Assembly (NCBI GenBank): GCA_028717385.1
Contig: JAQUNW010000003.1
Coordinates: forward strand, 12,640 to 76,639
Direction: 5' to 3'
Length of the DNA: 64,000 nucleotides
DNA from: Dehalococcoidales bacterium
Lineage (GTDB): Bacteria; Chloroflexota; Dehalococcoidia; Dehalococcoidales; CSSed11-197
The notes under the pieces are model-generated. The model worked only from the letters and a program-made list of their open reading frames with translations. It did not search any database and was not told the DNA's origin. A program made the translations under genes and the position numbers. This document shows positions 1-9,166 of the stretch, in pieces. Every line of letters begins with the position of its first letter. Positions within the stretch are counted from its first letter, which is position 1.

Positions 1-572
1 ATCGAATATTTCATACCGCAGTCCAGCACCAGGATACGAAGTGCTGATTCGTCAACTGGATTTCCCGGCCAGGAATAGGGTAGCCGGGTACTGACTCGGG
101 AGATAAAATCTTGCTGTTCGTACCGTGGAGAAGATTTAAGTTTTTCAAACGCATGATCTGCATCCAGGCTGGATGTGATGATGCCCATCATTACCCCGTT
201 TGAGCGCAACTTGCGTGTGATTGCCCTGGTATCGAGCCCGAACACCCCAGGTACATCATATGATAAAAGATATTCGTCCAATGTGTTGGTGCAGCGGTAA
301 TGACTTGGCTGAATGCAGCATTCGCGTACCACCAGACCACTAAGTTGAACCCGGTTAGATTCAACATCTTCCTGGTTGGTTCCGTAGTTTCCGATAAGTG
401 GATAAGTCGGAATCACTATCTGCCCTGCATAGGATGGATCTGTGAGTATTTCCTGGTAACCAGTCATACTGGTACTGAAGACAACCTCGCCGATGGCATC
501 TTGCGTTGATCCGAACCCGGTTCCTTCGTAAGATGAGCCGTCTTCAAGAACCAACAGTGTTTTATTATTCAT
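1..572 (-). CDS. carA: carbamoyl-phosphate synthase small (glutaminase) subunit, N-terminal part; gene runs off the window start
   Basis: My own translation of the minus strand from the ATG at 572-570 gives MNNKTLLVLEDGSSYEGTGFGS...EVVFSTSMTGYQEILTDPSYAGQIVIPTYPLIGNYG..., a typical CarA N-domain. The frame stays open to position 1. It is absent from the ORF track because it is truncated. Confidence 0.9.
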   Translation of the reverse strand, partial: MNNKTLLVLEDGSSYEGTGFGSTQDAIGEVVFSTSMTGYQEILTDPSYAGQIVIPTYPLIGNYGTNQEDVESNRVQLSGLVVRECCIQPSHYRCTNTLDEYLLSYDVPGVFGLDTRAITRKLRSNGVMMGIITSSLDADHAFEKLKSSPRYEQQDFISRVSTRLPYSWPGNPVDESALRILVLDCGMKYS

Positions 573-589
573 TATGATTTCCCCAGTTG

Positions 590-1918
590 TTATAGCGTTT
601 GACTGTTTTTAGTTCCATTAAATATTATCTGCCCGGAAACAATTGTAAAGGCGACTTTTCCTTTGAGTTCCATTCTGTTGTAAGGAGTGTTCTTGCCCTT
701 GGATAGAAAAGCATTTGAGTCCACTACCCATCTTTGGCCAGGATCGATTATGGTGATATCTGCAATCGAGCCATTATCAAGAGAGCCAAGTTTCAGGCCT
801 GCACCTACCAGTATTGCAGCGGGAGCAATAGTCATTTTAGAAACAACTTCTGCCATTGTGAGCCTGCCGTCATGGACAAGTTTCATAACTACTCCCAGCG
901 CAGTTTCAAATCCGCTTATCCCCGCTGGAGCCAGGCTAAATTCCTGGTTTTTATCACTTGAAGTGTGGGGAGCATGGTCGGTGGCGATGATATCGATTGT
1001 GCTATCTTTGAGACCTTCGATTAGTGCTTCGATATCTTCTTGGGTCCGCAGGGGTGGATTCACCCGGGCGTTGGTATCGTAATTCATTACTGCCTCTTCG
1101 GTGAGGCTGAGGTGGTGAGGCGTTGCTTCGGCAGTGACCCGCACGCCGCGCCGTTTTGCCTCCCTCACTATTTCTACCCCGCCAGCGGTTGATATATGTG
1201 CAATGTGTACCCACGCTCCGGTATATTCAGCCAGTCTTACATCACGGGCAATCATAACTTCCTCGCTGATTGCCGGGCTACTCGGGATACCGAGGAGTGT
1301 GGATATTTTTCCTTCGTTCATTTGCCCATTTGCTACCAGTGCCGGATCTTCGCAGTGGTTTATGATGGGCAGCCCTAACGGTTTTGAATATTCAAGTGCC
1401 CTGAGCATTATCCAGGAGTCAGCTATTGGCGAACCGTCATCGCTGAAACCAACTGCGCCAGCTTCGGCTAGCTCTATCATAGGAGCAAGGGTTTTGCCAG
1501 CTCGGTCAACAGTGACACAAGCTATTGGTAGTACTCGCACCCGTGAATCTCTGGCTGCTGTCTCTCTAATGTAACTTAATGTTGACGTACTATCTGCTGA
1601 GGGTTGTGTATTTGGCATACAGCAAATTGTGGTAAACCCTCCGGCAGCGGCAGCCAGCGAGCCGGTTTTAATGGTTTCTTTATCCTCAAATCCCGGTTCT
1701 CTCAAGTGGCAATGAAAATCGATAAAACCGGGGGCAACTATCATTCCCTTGGCTTCAATAACCTCAGCATTTTGGTTAAATGATGATGCTGCGCCGGGAC
1801 CACTCTGGATTATCTTGCCATCTTCTACAACAAGGTCTCCTTTGACTTCAAGTGACCTGGCCGGGTCGATTATTAGACCATCTTTGATAATCAGTCTAGA
1901 TTTCATCTTTTTTACCAC
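590..1918 (-). CDS. pyrC: dihydroorotase
   Basis: 442-aa ORF with the metal-binding motif GFIDFHCHLREPG and the DHAPH motif. It lies between carA and pyrB. The start may be the second Met (MKSRL). Confidence 0.93.
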   Translation of the reverse strand: MVKKMKSRLIIKDGLIIDPARSLEVKGDLVVEDGKIIQSGPGAASSFNQNAEVIEAKGMIVAPGFIDFHCHLREPGFEDKETIKTGSLAAAAGGFTTICCMPNTQPSADSTSTLSYIRETAARDSRVRVLPIACVTVDRAGKTLAPMIELAEAGAVGFSDDGSPIADSWIMLRALEYSKPLGLPIINHCEDPALVANGQMNEGKISTLLGIPSSPAISEEVMIARDVRLAEYTGAWVHIAHISTAGGVEIVREAKRRGVRVTAEATPHHLSLTEEAVMNYDTNARVNPPLRTQEDIEALIEGLKDSTIDIIATDHAPHTSSDKNQEFSLAPAGISGFETALGVVMKLVHDGRLTMAEVVSKMTIAPAAILVGAGLKLGSLDNGSIADITIIDPGQRWVVDSNAFLSKGKNTPYNRMELKGKVAFTIVSGQIIFNGTKNSQTL

Positions 1919-2888
1919 CGATAACCAGATATAGCAGTGCCATTCTGACGGCGATTCCGTTGGTAACCTGCTGATCTATAACCGAGGCAGGGCAACGAAT
2001 CAATTCTGGTTCAATTTCAATATTCTCATTAACCGGCCCAGGATGCATAAGCATTGCATCTGGTTTGGCAAGCGCAAACCTTTGCCGGTTCAATTGATAA
2101 TAGCGTATATATTCACGCACATCCGGCATCAAGCCGGCATTTTGCCTTTCCTTTTGCAGCCGGAGCACCATTACCACATCAGCTCCTTCCAGGGCTTTTT
2201 GAATATCGGTTTCTATTTCAACCCCCTGATAAGGGTGATATCTGTAATTCATCCCCGGGGGTAATAGAGTTAATGGGGCGCACAGAGTAACTTTTGCTCC
2301 AACTCCACTGAATCCCCAGATGTTGGATCTGGCTACCCGACTATGACGGCTGTCTCCAAGTATTACTACCTTAAGGTCTTTCAGATGTTTCTTTTGTTCG
2401 AATACCGTATACATATCCAGTAGTGCCTGGGTAGGATGAGCGTGCCAGCCATCACCAGCATTTATTATCGATGCCTGGGCATGTTTTGCTGCCAGGTAAG
2501 GAGCTCCTGCCATTGAATGACGTATTACAATTCCGTTGACGCCCATTGCCTGGAGTGTGTGAAGGGTATCAATCAGGCTCTCCCCCTTGACGATACTGCT
2601 GGAGGCTGATGCCAGATTAATTACATCGGCGCTCAAATTCTTGGCAGCCAATTCAAATGATCCCCTGGTGCGGGTACTGGGTTCGTAAAACAGCGTAGCA
2701 ATAGTCTTTCCTCTGAGTGCGGGAACTTTTTTAATTGGCCGGGAGAGGATTTCCTTCATCGCACTGGCGGTCTTGAGTACAAGGTCATACTCGGCTACAG
2801 TAAAGCTGTCTATATCGAGCAGGTGTTTTCTTGTCCAGTTAAGGTTTTGTGGCTCATCTTCGAGCAATTCGGTTTGTTCTTTTGCCAT
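1896..2888 (-). CDS. pyrB: aspartate carbamoyltransferase catalytic subunit
   Basis: 330-aa ORF with STRTR, HPTQ and HPGP motifs. It overlaps the pyrC start. Confidence 0.94.
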   Translation of the reverse strand: MAKEQTELLEDEPQNLNWTRKHLLDIDSFTVAEYDLVLKTASAMKEILSRPIKKVPALRGKTIATLFYEPSTRTRGSFELAAKNLSADVINLASASSSIVKGESLIDTLHTLQAMGVNGIVIRHSMAGAPYLAAKHAQASIINAGDGWHAHPTQALLDMYTVFEQKKHLKDLKVVILGDSRHSRVARSNIWGFSGVGAKVTLCAPLTLLPPGMNYRYHPYQGVEIETDIQKALEGADVVMVLRLQKERQNAGLMPDVREYIRYYQLNRQRFALAKPDAMLMHPGPVNENIEIEPELIRCPASVIDQQVTNGIAVRMALLYLVIGGKKDEI

Positions 2889-2890
2889 TA

Positions 2891-3442
2891 CTATTCCTCT
2901 TGGGTTTCTCCCAGGTTGAAAATAGAGACTTCATCTGTATCATCTGTTTCAGAAAGTTTGACTCTGACATCTTCATTCCGAGAGCTAGGGATGTTTTTCC
3001 CTACGTAATCTGCGCGTATCGGCAACTCCCGATGCCCGCGGTCTATCATAACTGCCAGCTTTATCGAGCTTGGCCTGCCCATATCAATCAGCGCGTCCAT
3101 GGCTGCCCGTGCGCTGCGGCCGGTGTAGAGCACGTCATCAACCAGGATGACAATTTTTTCATCAATACTTACCGGTATCGAAGTGCTCTCAACCACAGGT
3201 TGGAGGTTTCTGTGGGCAAGGTCATCGCGATACAGGCTGAAGTCAAGCACTCCAACGGGGATAGTGGTTCCTTCGTATTTTTTTATATTTTCTGCCAGCC
3301 TATGGGCAATGGGTACGCCCCGAGTGCGCATTCCAACCATAACAATATTACTTAAATCCCGGTTGTGTTCTATTATTTCATGGGCCATGCGCCCCAAGGT
3401 TCGCCGGATGTCTTCTGCCGTCAGTACTGTTTTATTTGTCAT
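2891..3442 (-). CDS. pyrR: bifunctional pyr operon attenuation regulator / uracil phosphoribosyltransferase
   Basis: 183-aa ORF with the PRTase motif [13 protein letters not shown]. It is the first gene of the pyrR-pyrB-pyrC-carA array and a PyrR-type leader lies upstream. Confidence 0.9.
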   Translation of the reverse strand: MTNKTVLTAEDIRRTLGRMAHEIIEHNRDLSNIVMVGMRTRGVPIAHRLAENIKKYEGTTIPVGVLDFSLYRDDLAHRNLQPVVESTSIPVSIDEKIVILVDDVLYTGRSARAAMDALIDMGRPSSIKLAVMIDRGHRELPIRADYVGKNIPSSRNEDVRVKLSETDDTDEVSIFNLGETQEE

Positions 3443-3540
3443 AAAAAAACCTCTCGCCGGCTGGCAAGAGGTTAAACACCGCTATGTACAGGTATCTGCT
3501 TAACTTCCTTACCAGCCTCACTGGACTGGTTTAAAGGGCA
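3443..3540 (-). promoter_or_regulatory. PyrR-binding leader with intrinsic terminator/attenuator
   Basis: The minus strand reads ...AAACCAGUCCAGUGAGGCUGG... (3512-3535), resembling the Bacillus-type PyrR binding loop (UCCAGAGAGG core). It is followed by CCUCUUGCCAGCCGGCGAGAGG (3471-3450) plus U7 (3449-3443), which abuts the AUG. Confidence 0.65.
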
Positions 3541-3686
3541 CCTTATTACAGGTGAATATTTTTTTATTTCGGTGAAGTATAGCACTTGTTATTGCTCCGA
3601 TACAAGTTTTTTTCCCGTTATATGAAGAATTGATTGCATTTTTATACTGTATGACCTGAAGGCTTGTAGAATGTTATAATTATGCC

Positions 3687-5942
3687 ATGACGAAAACCGA
3701 CCTCCTCTCAAATCTCAACCCCCCTCAGCAAAAAGCAGTTGAAACAGTAGAAGGCCCAGTTTTGATACTTGCTGGGCCAGGCTCCGGTAAAACCAGAGTC
3801 ATTACACACCGCATTGCCTACCTGGTAAGGGTACTTGGAGTGCGTCCCTATCACATTATGGCAGTGACTTTTACCAATAAAGCTGCCAGGGAGATGTCCT
3901 CCCGGTTAGAAGTTCTTGCCGGTAGCGCAGTAAAAGATATGACTTTGGGCACTTTCCACGCTATTTGTGTAAAGATTCTCCGACGTGAAGGGCGTGAATT
4001 GGGCATTGATCCGAACTTTACAATTTACGATGGAGACGATCAATTAAAATTGGTGAAAGAATCCATTCAGCAAGCTGGTTTTGATCCGAAAAACTATACA
4101 CCCGGAGCGGTATTGTCTGCTATTAGCGCTGCCAAGAGCGAACTTCTGAGCCCAGAAGAGTTTTCTCAGCGTGCAGGTGGGCATTTTGATGAAGTAGTGG
4201 CGCGCGTTTATGAGAATTATCGCGGGCTTTTGTCTAAAAACAACGCCCTGGATTTTGATGATCTACTCATGAAAACTGTAAAAGGCCTGGCAGCTAAAGA
4301 ACATATTCTAAAGCGCTATCAGGAGAAATACAGGCATATCCTGGTTGATGAATTTCAGGATACGAACCTGGTGCAGTATGAGTTGGTAAAACTGCTTTCG
4401 GCCAAGCATCGCAACATTTGTGTTGTCGGTGATCCTGATCAATCTATATATTCCTGGCGGTCAGCTGACATTCGCAATATATTAAACTTTGAAAAAGACT
4501 ATCCAGATGTAAAAACTATCTTTCTGGAGCAGAATTACCGTTCTACGCGCAATATAATCAGCGCGGCTCAGGCGGTGATAGACTCCAACAAGTCCCGCAA
4601 GCAGAAGAAACTCTGGACCGAAAACGAAGAAGGTTCCAGATTAACTCTAATAGAAGCCTATGACCAGCAGGAAGAAGCCCGGCTGGTCATCAATGAAATA
4701 TCCAAACTCACCGATAATGGTGGAATGAAAGCAGGTGATATTGCGGTGCTCTTCCGCACCAACGCCCAATCACGCGCGCTGGAAGAGGCATTTGTACGCT
4801 ACGGTATCCCATATCGGCTGGCAGTTGGCACCAAGTTCTACGAACGACGCGAAATCCGGGATATGCTTGCCTACTTGAAACTTATATATAATCCGGCGGA
4901 CTCTGTCAGCTTGATGAGAATTATTAATGTGCCCGCCAGGGGTATTGGCCGCCAAACGTTGGAGGAGCTTGCTCATTTTGCGGTTGCCAAGGGTGTGCAG
5001 GAAGCAAGCGCGCTAAAGCTGCTGTTGACAACTGGCGAAGCAGAGCTGCTGGAGTATTTTTCACCAAGGTCAATCAGGATATTGCAAGCGTTTGCCGTGT
5101 TTATTGCTGAAATACAGAAAATGGCAAACGAGATGAGAACTTTGGACATGTTTGATCAGCTCGTCAACCGGATTGAGTTTAAAAACTATTTACAGAGTCA
5201 GCCAGATGGCGAAGACCGCTGGCAGAACGTACTTGAATTGAGAAGTGTAGCCCAGCAGTACAATGAACTTGCTCCTGAAGAGGGGCTGGCAGCGCTTTTG
5301 GAATCGATTGCTCTGGTAGCAGATACTGACTCCCTGGGGGAGGTGGCTGATTCAGTAAACCTGATAACTCTTCACCAGGCTAAAGGGTTAGAATTCCCGG
5401 TGGTGTTCATTGTGGGAATGGAGGAAGGCGTCCTGCCTCATTATCGTTCAATGGATGATCCTGCTCAAATGGAAGAGGAGCGGAGGTTATGCTATGTTGG
5501 TATTACGCGGGCAAAAAGCCGGATTTACCTATGTCGTGCTTACCGACGCATGTTGATGGGTAATACTCAGGCCAATTCGCCATCCAGATTTATTGCCGAT
5601 ATTCCGGGAGAATTGTTTTCCCGTAAAGAAGAGGCGAAACCACCACGAAGTTCTCAAAGTTTTTCGCTATTCTACCGAAGTGACAGTAGCACTGGAGCCG
5701 AATTTTCGCTTCCAGCAAAAGAAAGGCGAGTGGTAATCCCAGAAAAAGCGCCTCCGGTGGATGTTCCTCACCTCAAATCAGGCAACCGGGTACGCCATCC
5801 GCAATTTGGAGATGGAATTGTAGTGTCGGTTAAGCCGTCTGGGGCTGATCAGGAAGTTGTAGTTGCTTTTGATGACGAAGCGGTAAAGTTGAAACGGCTG
5901 CTGCTCAGCTTGGCACGGTTGGAAAAAATCTCCCCAGATTAG
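3687..5942 (+). CDS. pcrA: ATP-dependent DNA helicase, UvrD/PcrA family
   Basis: 751-aa ORF with the Walker A motif AGPGSGKT, plus VDEFQDTN, QNYRS, TLHQAKGLEF and VGITRA helicase motifs. Confidence 0.92.
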   Translation: MTKTDLLSNLNPPQQKAVETVEGPVLILAGPGSGKTRVITHRIAYLVRVLGVRPYHIMAVTFTNKAAREMSSRLEVLAGSAVKDMTLGTFHAICVKILRREGRELGIDPNFTIYDGDDQLKLVKESIQQAGFDPKNYTPGAVLSAISAAKSELLSPEEFSQRAGGHFDEVVARVYENYRGLLSKNNALDFDDLLMKTVKGLAAKEHILKRYQEKYRHILVDEFQDTNLVQYELVKLLSAKHRNICVVGDPDQSIYSWRSADIRNILNFEKDYPDVKTIFLEQNYRSTRNIISAAQAVIDSNKSRKQKKLWTENEEGSRLTLIEAYDQQEEARLVINEISKLTDNGGMKAGDIAVLFRTNAQSRALEEAFVRYGIPYRLAVGTKFYERREIRDMLAYLKLIYNPADSVSLMRIINVPARGIGRQTLEELAHFAVAKGVQEASALKLLLTTGEAELLEYFSPRSIRILQAFAVFIAEIQKMANEMRTLDMFDQLVNRIEFKNYLQSQPDGEDRWQNVLELRSVAQQYNELAPEEGLAALLESIALVADTDSLGEVADSVNLITLHQAKGLEFPVVFIVGMEEGVLPHYRSMDDPAQMEEERRLCYVGITRAKSRIYLCRAYRRMLMGNTQANSPSRFIADIPGELFSRKEEAKPPRSSQSFSLFYRSDSSTGAEFSLPAKERRVVIPEKAPPVDVPHLKSGNRVRHPQFGDGIVVSVKPSGADQEVVVAFDDEAVKLKRLLLSLARLEKISPD

Positions 5943-6430
5943 TACACCGGGTAGTCTGGCTGGGTATCTTCCAGTTGCGGGGCAGGTTCGTTACCAGGCC
6001 GTTCCAGTAGCTCCCACCGAACCATGCCATCTTCAACGAGTTTTTGAATTTTACGTTCAACAGGTGTCAACTGTGCACTGGGGCCATTTTTGATTTCCAT
6101 GATTACAATTTCTGATGGTGCTCCCTGGCTTAAACCAGGAAAAACCAGCATATCTATTGGACTGCCTATAAAGCGAGCTTCAGTAGGATCGTATTTGAAT
6201 TCTGGCAAGTAAGGTGCCATTTGTTCATAAAAACGCCCTCCGAGCACTGCCCGGCTCTGGTTAATTGCTTGTTTGCGAATTGAAGTTTTTTCAAGCTCCA
6301 GTATTTCCCTCTCCTGTTGCTGCCAGAGCAGGAAACGGCGCTCAAAGCGCCTCCTTATAAGATAAAACATAATAAAAAGGAACGCGATGGAAACAAGGAT
6401 AGAGATGGCAATAATTAGAGCTGGTTCCAT
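5939..6430 (-). CDS. membrane-anchored endonuclease related to archaeal Holliday-junction resolvase (COG4741-like)
   Basis: 163 aa with an N-terminal TM helix, a coiled segment, then DPTEARFIGSPIDMLVF...IVIMEIKNG...LTPVERKI, a pattern I recall for this family. The assignment is from memory. Confidence 0.5.
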   Translation of the reverse strand: MEPALIIAISILVSIAFLFIMFYLIRRRFERRFLLWQQQEREILELEKTSIRKQAINQSRAVLGGRFYEQMAPYLPEFKYDPTEARFIGSPIDMLVFPGLSQGAPSEIVIMEIKNGPSAQLTPVERKIQKLVEDGMVRWELLERPGNEPAPQLEDTQPDYPVY

Positions 6431-6445
6431 TACTTAACCACCTTT

Positions 6446-6928
6446 CTAACTAAAGCGGCCGTCACACTTTTTGTTTATTGCTTCATTGGATATTGGTGCC
6501 AGCCACCCTTCTTTTTCAGTTTTATAAACATCAAAAGCAGTGACATAGGGCTTGATATCTAGGAGTGGTGTTCCATCCAGGATATCCACATTTTCGATGT
6601 CAAGAATATTGTCCCTGATGCCGAGAAGCCTCACAACCGATAAGCCGATATGGTTTGGCCGGCCTGGCATGCGGACGGAAAAAATCCCCCTCGATTTATC
6701 TTCCATATAAGGAGTTACTATCATAGGCCCATCATCGGCCAGGTGGAAATAATATAAAAGAATAATGTGGCTAAAACCATCGAGGTCTTTTAGACCTGGG
6801 ACATATTCCGGAGAAAGCTCAACGGTACCTTTAACTCCCTGAGCTCCGATAGGCTGGATTGGGGTTCCCTTGGGATGAATAAATGGAGAGTGAACAGTCC
6901 CAATAGCCTTGACTGTAAATAGCTGCAA
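6446..6928 (-). CDS. trmO: tRNA (m6t6A37) methyltransferase TrmO/TsaA (UPF0066/YaeB family)
   Basis: Motifs FSHIILLYYFH, RPNHIGLSVVRL and DGTPLLDIKPY. The track ORF extends to 6988 and overlaps pyrE. An in-frame TTG at 6928, just after the pyrE stop, gives the family-typical N-terminus (LQLFTVKAIGTVHSPF). Confidence 0.8.
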   Translation of the reverse strand: MQLFTVKAIGTVHSPFIHPKGTPIQPIGAQGVKGTVELSPEYVPGLKDLDGFSHIILLYYFHLADDGPMIVTPYMEDKSRGIFSVRMPGRPNHIGLSVVRLLGIRDNILDIENVDILDGTPLLDIKPYVTAFDVYKTEKEGWLAPISNEAINKKCDGRFS

Positions 6929-6930
6929 TC

Positions 6931-7509
6931 CTAAACCTCGCTGCTGCCCGGTTTGACCAGCGGAACACCTTGTTCGCACAGGGGGCATTTATCCGATCGG
7001 TAGGTGATTGTTTCAGATCGTATACAACTGTACACCGGAATGTCAATACCCAATGGTTTTTCCGAGCGATCAACCAAAACCCCAATGCCAACAAGCTTGC
7101 CACGTGAGCGGTTGATTACATCTACCACTTCCATTATAGATTTGCCGGTGGTAAAAACATCATCAACCAGTAGCACTCTTTCCCCAGGCTTGATTTCAAA
7201 CCCACGTTTAAGCGCGCGGGATCCATTGGCAATTTTTTCTGCAAAAATCCCTCGGGTACCCAGATAGCGAGCAACTTCGTAAGATAAAATAATTCCGCCG
7301 GTAGTCGGCCCGATTACTACTTCCACCTCATCATTAGAGAAGTTGGTGGCAATCATCTGGCACAGTTGAGAAGTGTATTCAGGGTACTGCAGAATACGGA
7401 ATTTTTCCCAATATACAGGGGAATGCAAGCCGGATGTCAACTGGAAATGTCCGTTTAATATGGCGCCCGAACTGATGAAAAGATTTTCAGCATAGTTATT
7501 GTTTGGCAT
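6931..7509 (-). CDS. pyrE: orotate phosphoribosyltransferase
   Basis: 192 aa with the PRPP-binding motif VLLVDDVFTTGKS. Length and layout are PyrE-like. Confidence 0.88.
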   Translation of the reverse strand: MPNNNYAENLFISSGAILNGHFQLTSGLHSPVYWEKFRILQYPEYTSQLCQMIATNFSNDEVEVVIGPTTGGIILSYEVARYLGTRGIFAEKIANGSRALKRGFEIKPGERVLLVDDVFTTGKSIMEVVDVINRSRGKLVGIGVLVDRSEKPLGIDIPVYSCIRSETITYRSDKCPLCEQGVPLVKPGSSEV

Positions 7510-7512
7510 AAT

Positions 7513-8100
7513 TTATTCCGGCAATGAATAATGCGGAACTCCTCCGAACTCGCTGAATGGCCAGTAGGTAAACCAGGCCTTTCCAGTAATGTTTTTAAGT
7601 GGTACTGTCCAGCCGCCCCTTGAGTCACTGCTGTTGTTGCGGTTGTCTCCCATAACGAAATAGTGCCCTTCGGGGATGATACTGCCCTGGTAATCGAACA
7701 TGGCGAGCTCGGCAGTATATGGTTCATCCAGAGTAAAAGAATGTCCTCCTGCCTTGGTAATATGAACCACACCATCTATGACGCTTACTCTTTCCCCCGG
7801 CAGACCGATTACTCTTTTAATGTAATCACTGGTAGCGCCAATTTGAGAAGGAGGAGTAAAGATGATGATATCGCCCCTGTCCGGCTCGGAAAATTTGTAG
7901 GCCATCTTGTTAATCATGATTTGTTGGCCTTTATACAGATTTGGCTCCATGCTTTCTCCAATTACTTCAGCTTTAATAAAAGCCATTTGTAACAGGAAGA
8001 AAATGCCAAGTGATGCAGCCAGAATTATACCAATTTCACGTAGCCAGTATTTTACTGATGAATTCATAACTTTACAATTATACTCCAAAAGCTCAACCAT
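7513..8100 (-). CDS. lepB: signal peptidase I
   Basis: 195 aa with a TM anchor and the S26 boxes GESMEPNL, YIKRVIGLPGE and GDNRNNSSDSR. Confidence 0.9.
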   Translation of the reverse strand: MVELLEYNCKVMNSSVKYWLREIGIILAASLGIFFLLQMAFIKAEVIGESMEPNLYKGQQIMINKMAYKFSEPDRGDIIIFTPPSQIGATSDYIKRVIGLPGERVSVIDGVVHITKAGGHSFTLDEPYTAELAMFDYQGSIIPEGHYFVMGDNRNNSSDSRGGWTVPLKNITGKAWFTYWPFSEFGGVPHYSLPE

Positions 8101-8278
8101 CCAAAAAAAGACTTATTATAAAGCTGTAACGACGACTTGGCAGGCTAAAAGCTGGTGTATGTTCTGATAATTGCCGAGAGCATTAAAAATATTTTAAATA
8201 ATTTTTATGATTTGTGGCTTACTATTGTTTTCAGCAGTCGTTTTATCTATCAAAGGTCTTACAGACGGGGAGGAAAAT

Positions 8279-9058
8279 ATGATAACTATACAAAGAAGTA
8301 CAGTTCTCGCAATCCTGGTGGTAGTTGCATTAGCTGCAGCGGTGGGTTTCGGTGTGAATGCTCTCACTTCAAACCCAGCTGCCGCTGAGAGTAACACCAA
8401 CTACATGAACTTTTCGACCCAGAATGTCGGTATTTGGGTCAACGGACAAGGGAAGGTTACTGTTATACCGGATATTGCTGTTATCAGCATGGGAGTGGAA
8501 GCCCAGGCAACAACTATAGAGGAAGCTCAGAACCAGGCGGCTGAATCGATGGATGCTTTAATGCGTGTGCTTAAAGATGCTGGGGTAGCCGACAAAGACA
8601 TTACCACGCAATATTTCAATGTAAATGCGATTTATAACTGGGATGAAATCACAAGAGCTTCAGTCATCACGGGGTATCGTGTTGCCAATACCGTAAGTGT
8701 TAAGATTCGCAATATCCAGGATGCTGGTGGTGTGATTGATGATGTAGTAGCAGCAGCTGGAAAAAACGCTCGGATTAATAGTATTTATTTTACGGTAGAA
8801 AATCCGGAACAATATTATGATCTTGCCAGGGAAAACGCAATGAATGATGCCAAGCACAAGGCAGAACAGATGGCCTCTCTTGGTGGGGCACAGCTTGGTA
8901 AGCCAACCTATATTTATGAGGGGAATTCTTACTATCCACCGGTAATAAGATACGATAAGGCTTATGCCGAAAGTGATACCGGTACTCCAGCCACTCAGAT
9001 TTCTCCCGGTGAAACGGACATCATAATAAATGTTCAGGTAGTATATTCAATACAGTAG
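8279..9058 (+). CDS. SIMPL (DUF541) domain protein with N-terminal membrane anchor
   Basis: The VTVIPDIAVISMGVE...GYRVANTVSVKI...ISPGETDIIINVQVVYSI pattern is typical of SIMPL/DUF541. The internal ATG at 8279 is preceded by GGGGAGGAA; the track ORF starts at 8207. Confidence 0.75.
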   Translation: MITIQRSTVLAILVVVALAAAVGFGVNALTSNPAAAESNTNYMNFSTQNVGIWVNGQGKVTVIPDIAVISMGVEAQATTIEEAQNQAAESMDALMRVLKDAGVADKDITTQYFNVNAIYNWDEITRASVITGYRVANTVSVKIRNIQDAGGVIDDVVAAAGKNARINSIYFTVENPEQYYDLARENAMNDAKHKAEQMASLGGAQLGKPTYIYEGNSYYPPVIRYDKAYAESDTGTPATQISPGETDIIINVQVVYSIQ

Positions 9059-9075
9059 TCCCGATTCGGGAAAAA

Positions 9076-9118
9076 ATCAGCCCGGAGATCTTTCTCCCGG
9101 CTGATCCGGTTTTCATCT
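9076..9118 (+). terminator. hairpin with a short T-tract after the SIMPL gene
   Basis: ATCAGCCCGGAGA (9076-9088) pairs with TCTCCCGGCTGAT (9093-9105), 13 bp with one mismatch, followed by CCGGTTTTC. An A6 run precedes it, so it could act in both directions. Confidence 0.45.
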
Positions 9119-9166
9119 GAGCTGAAGTATTTGCAGGTACTAGAAACGTGATGATAGAATCTAACT

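Noticed and set aside
687-1574. Track ORFs antisense to pyrC (687..1082, 734..961, 1134..1574). Similar long antisense ORFs occur elsewhere: 14984..15652, 22226..23221, 24361..24938, 9854..10414 and 35353..35694.
   Set aside because: Each lies entirely inside, and opposite to, a gene with clear family motifs. Their translations are low-complexity or Ser/Pro/Arg-rich and carry no recognisable motifs. They are typical shadow ORFs.
9059-9166. FMN riboswitch upstream of ribD.
   Set aside because: The gap is only about 108 nt, and I saw none of the conserved FMN-element segments. It contains only a terminator-like hairpin belonging to the upstream gene.
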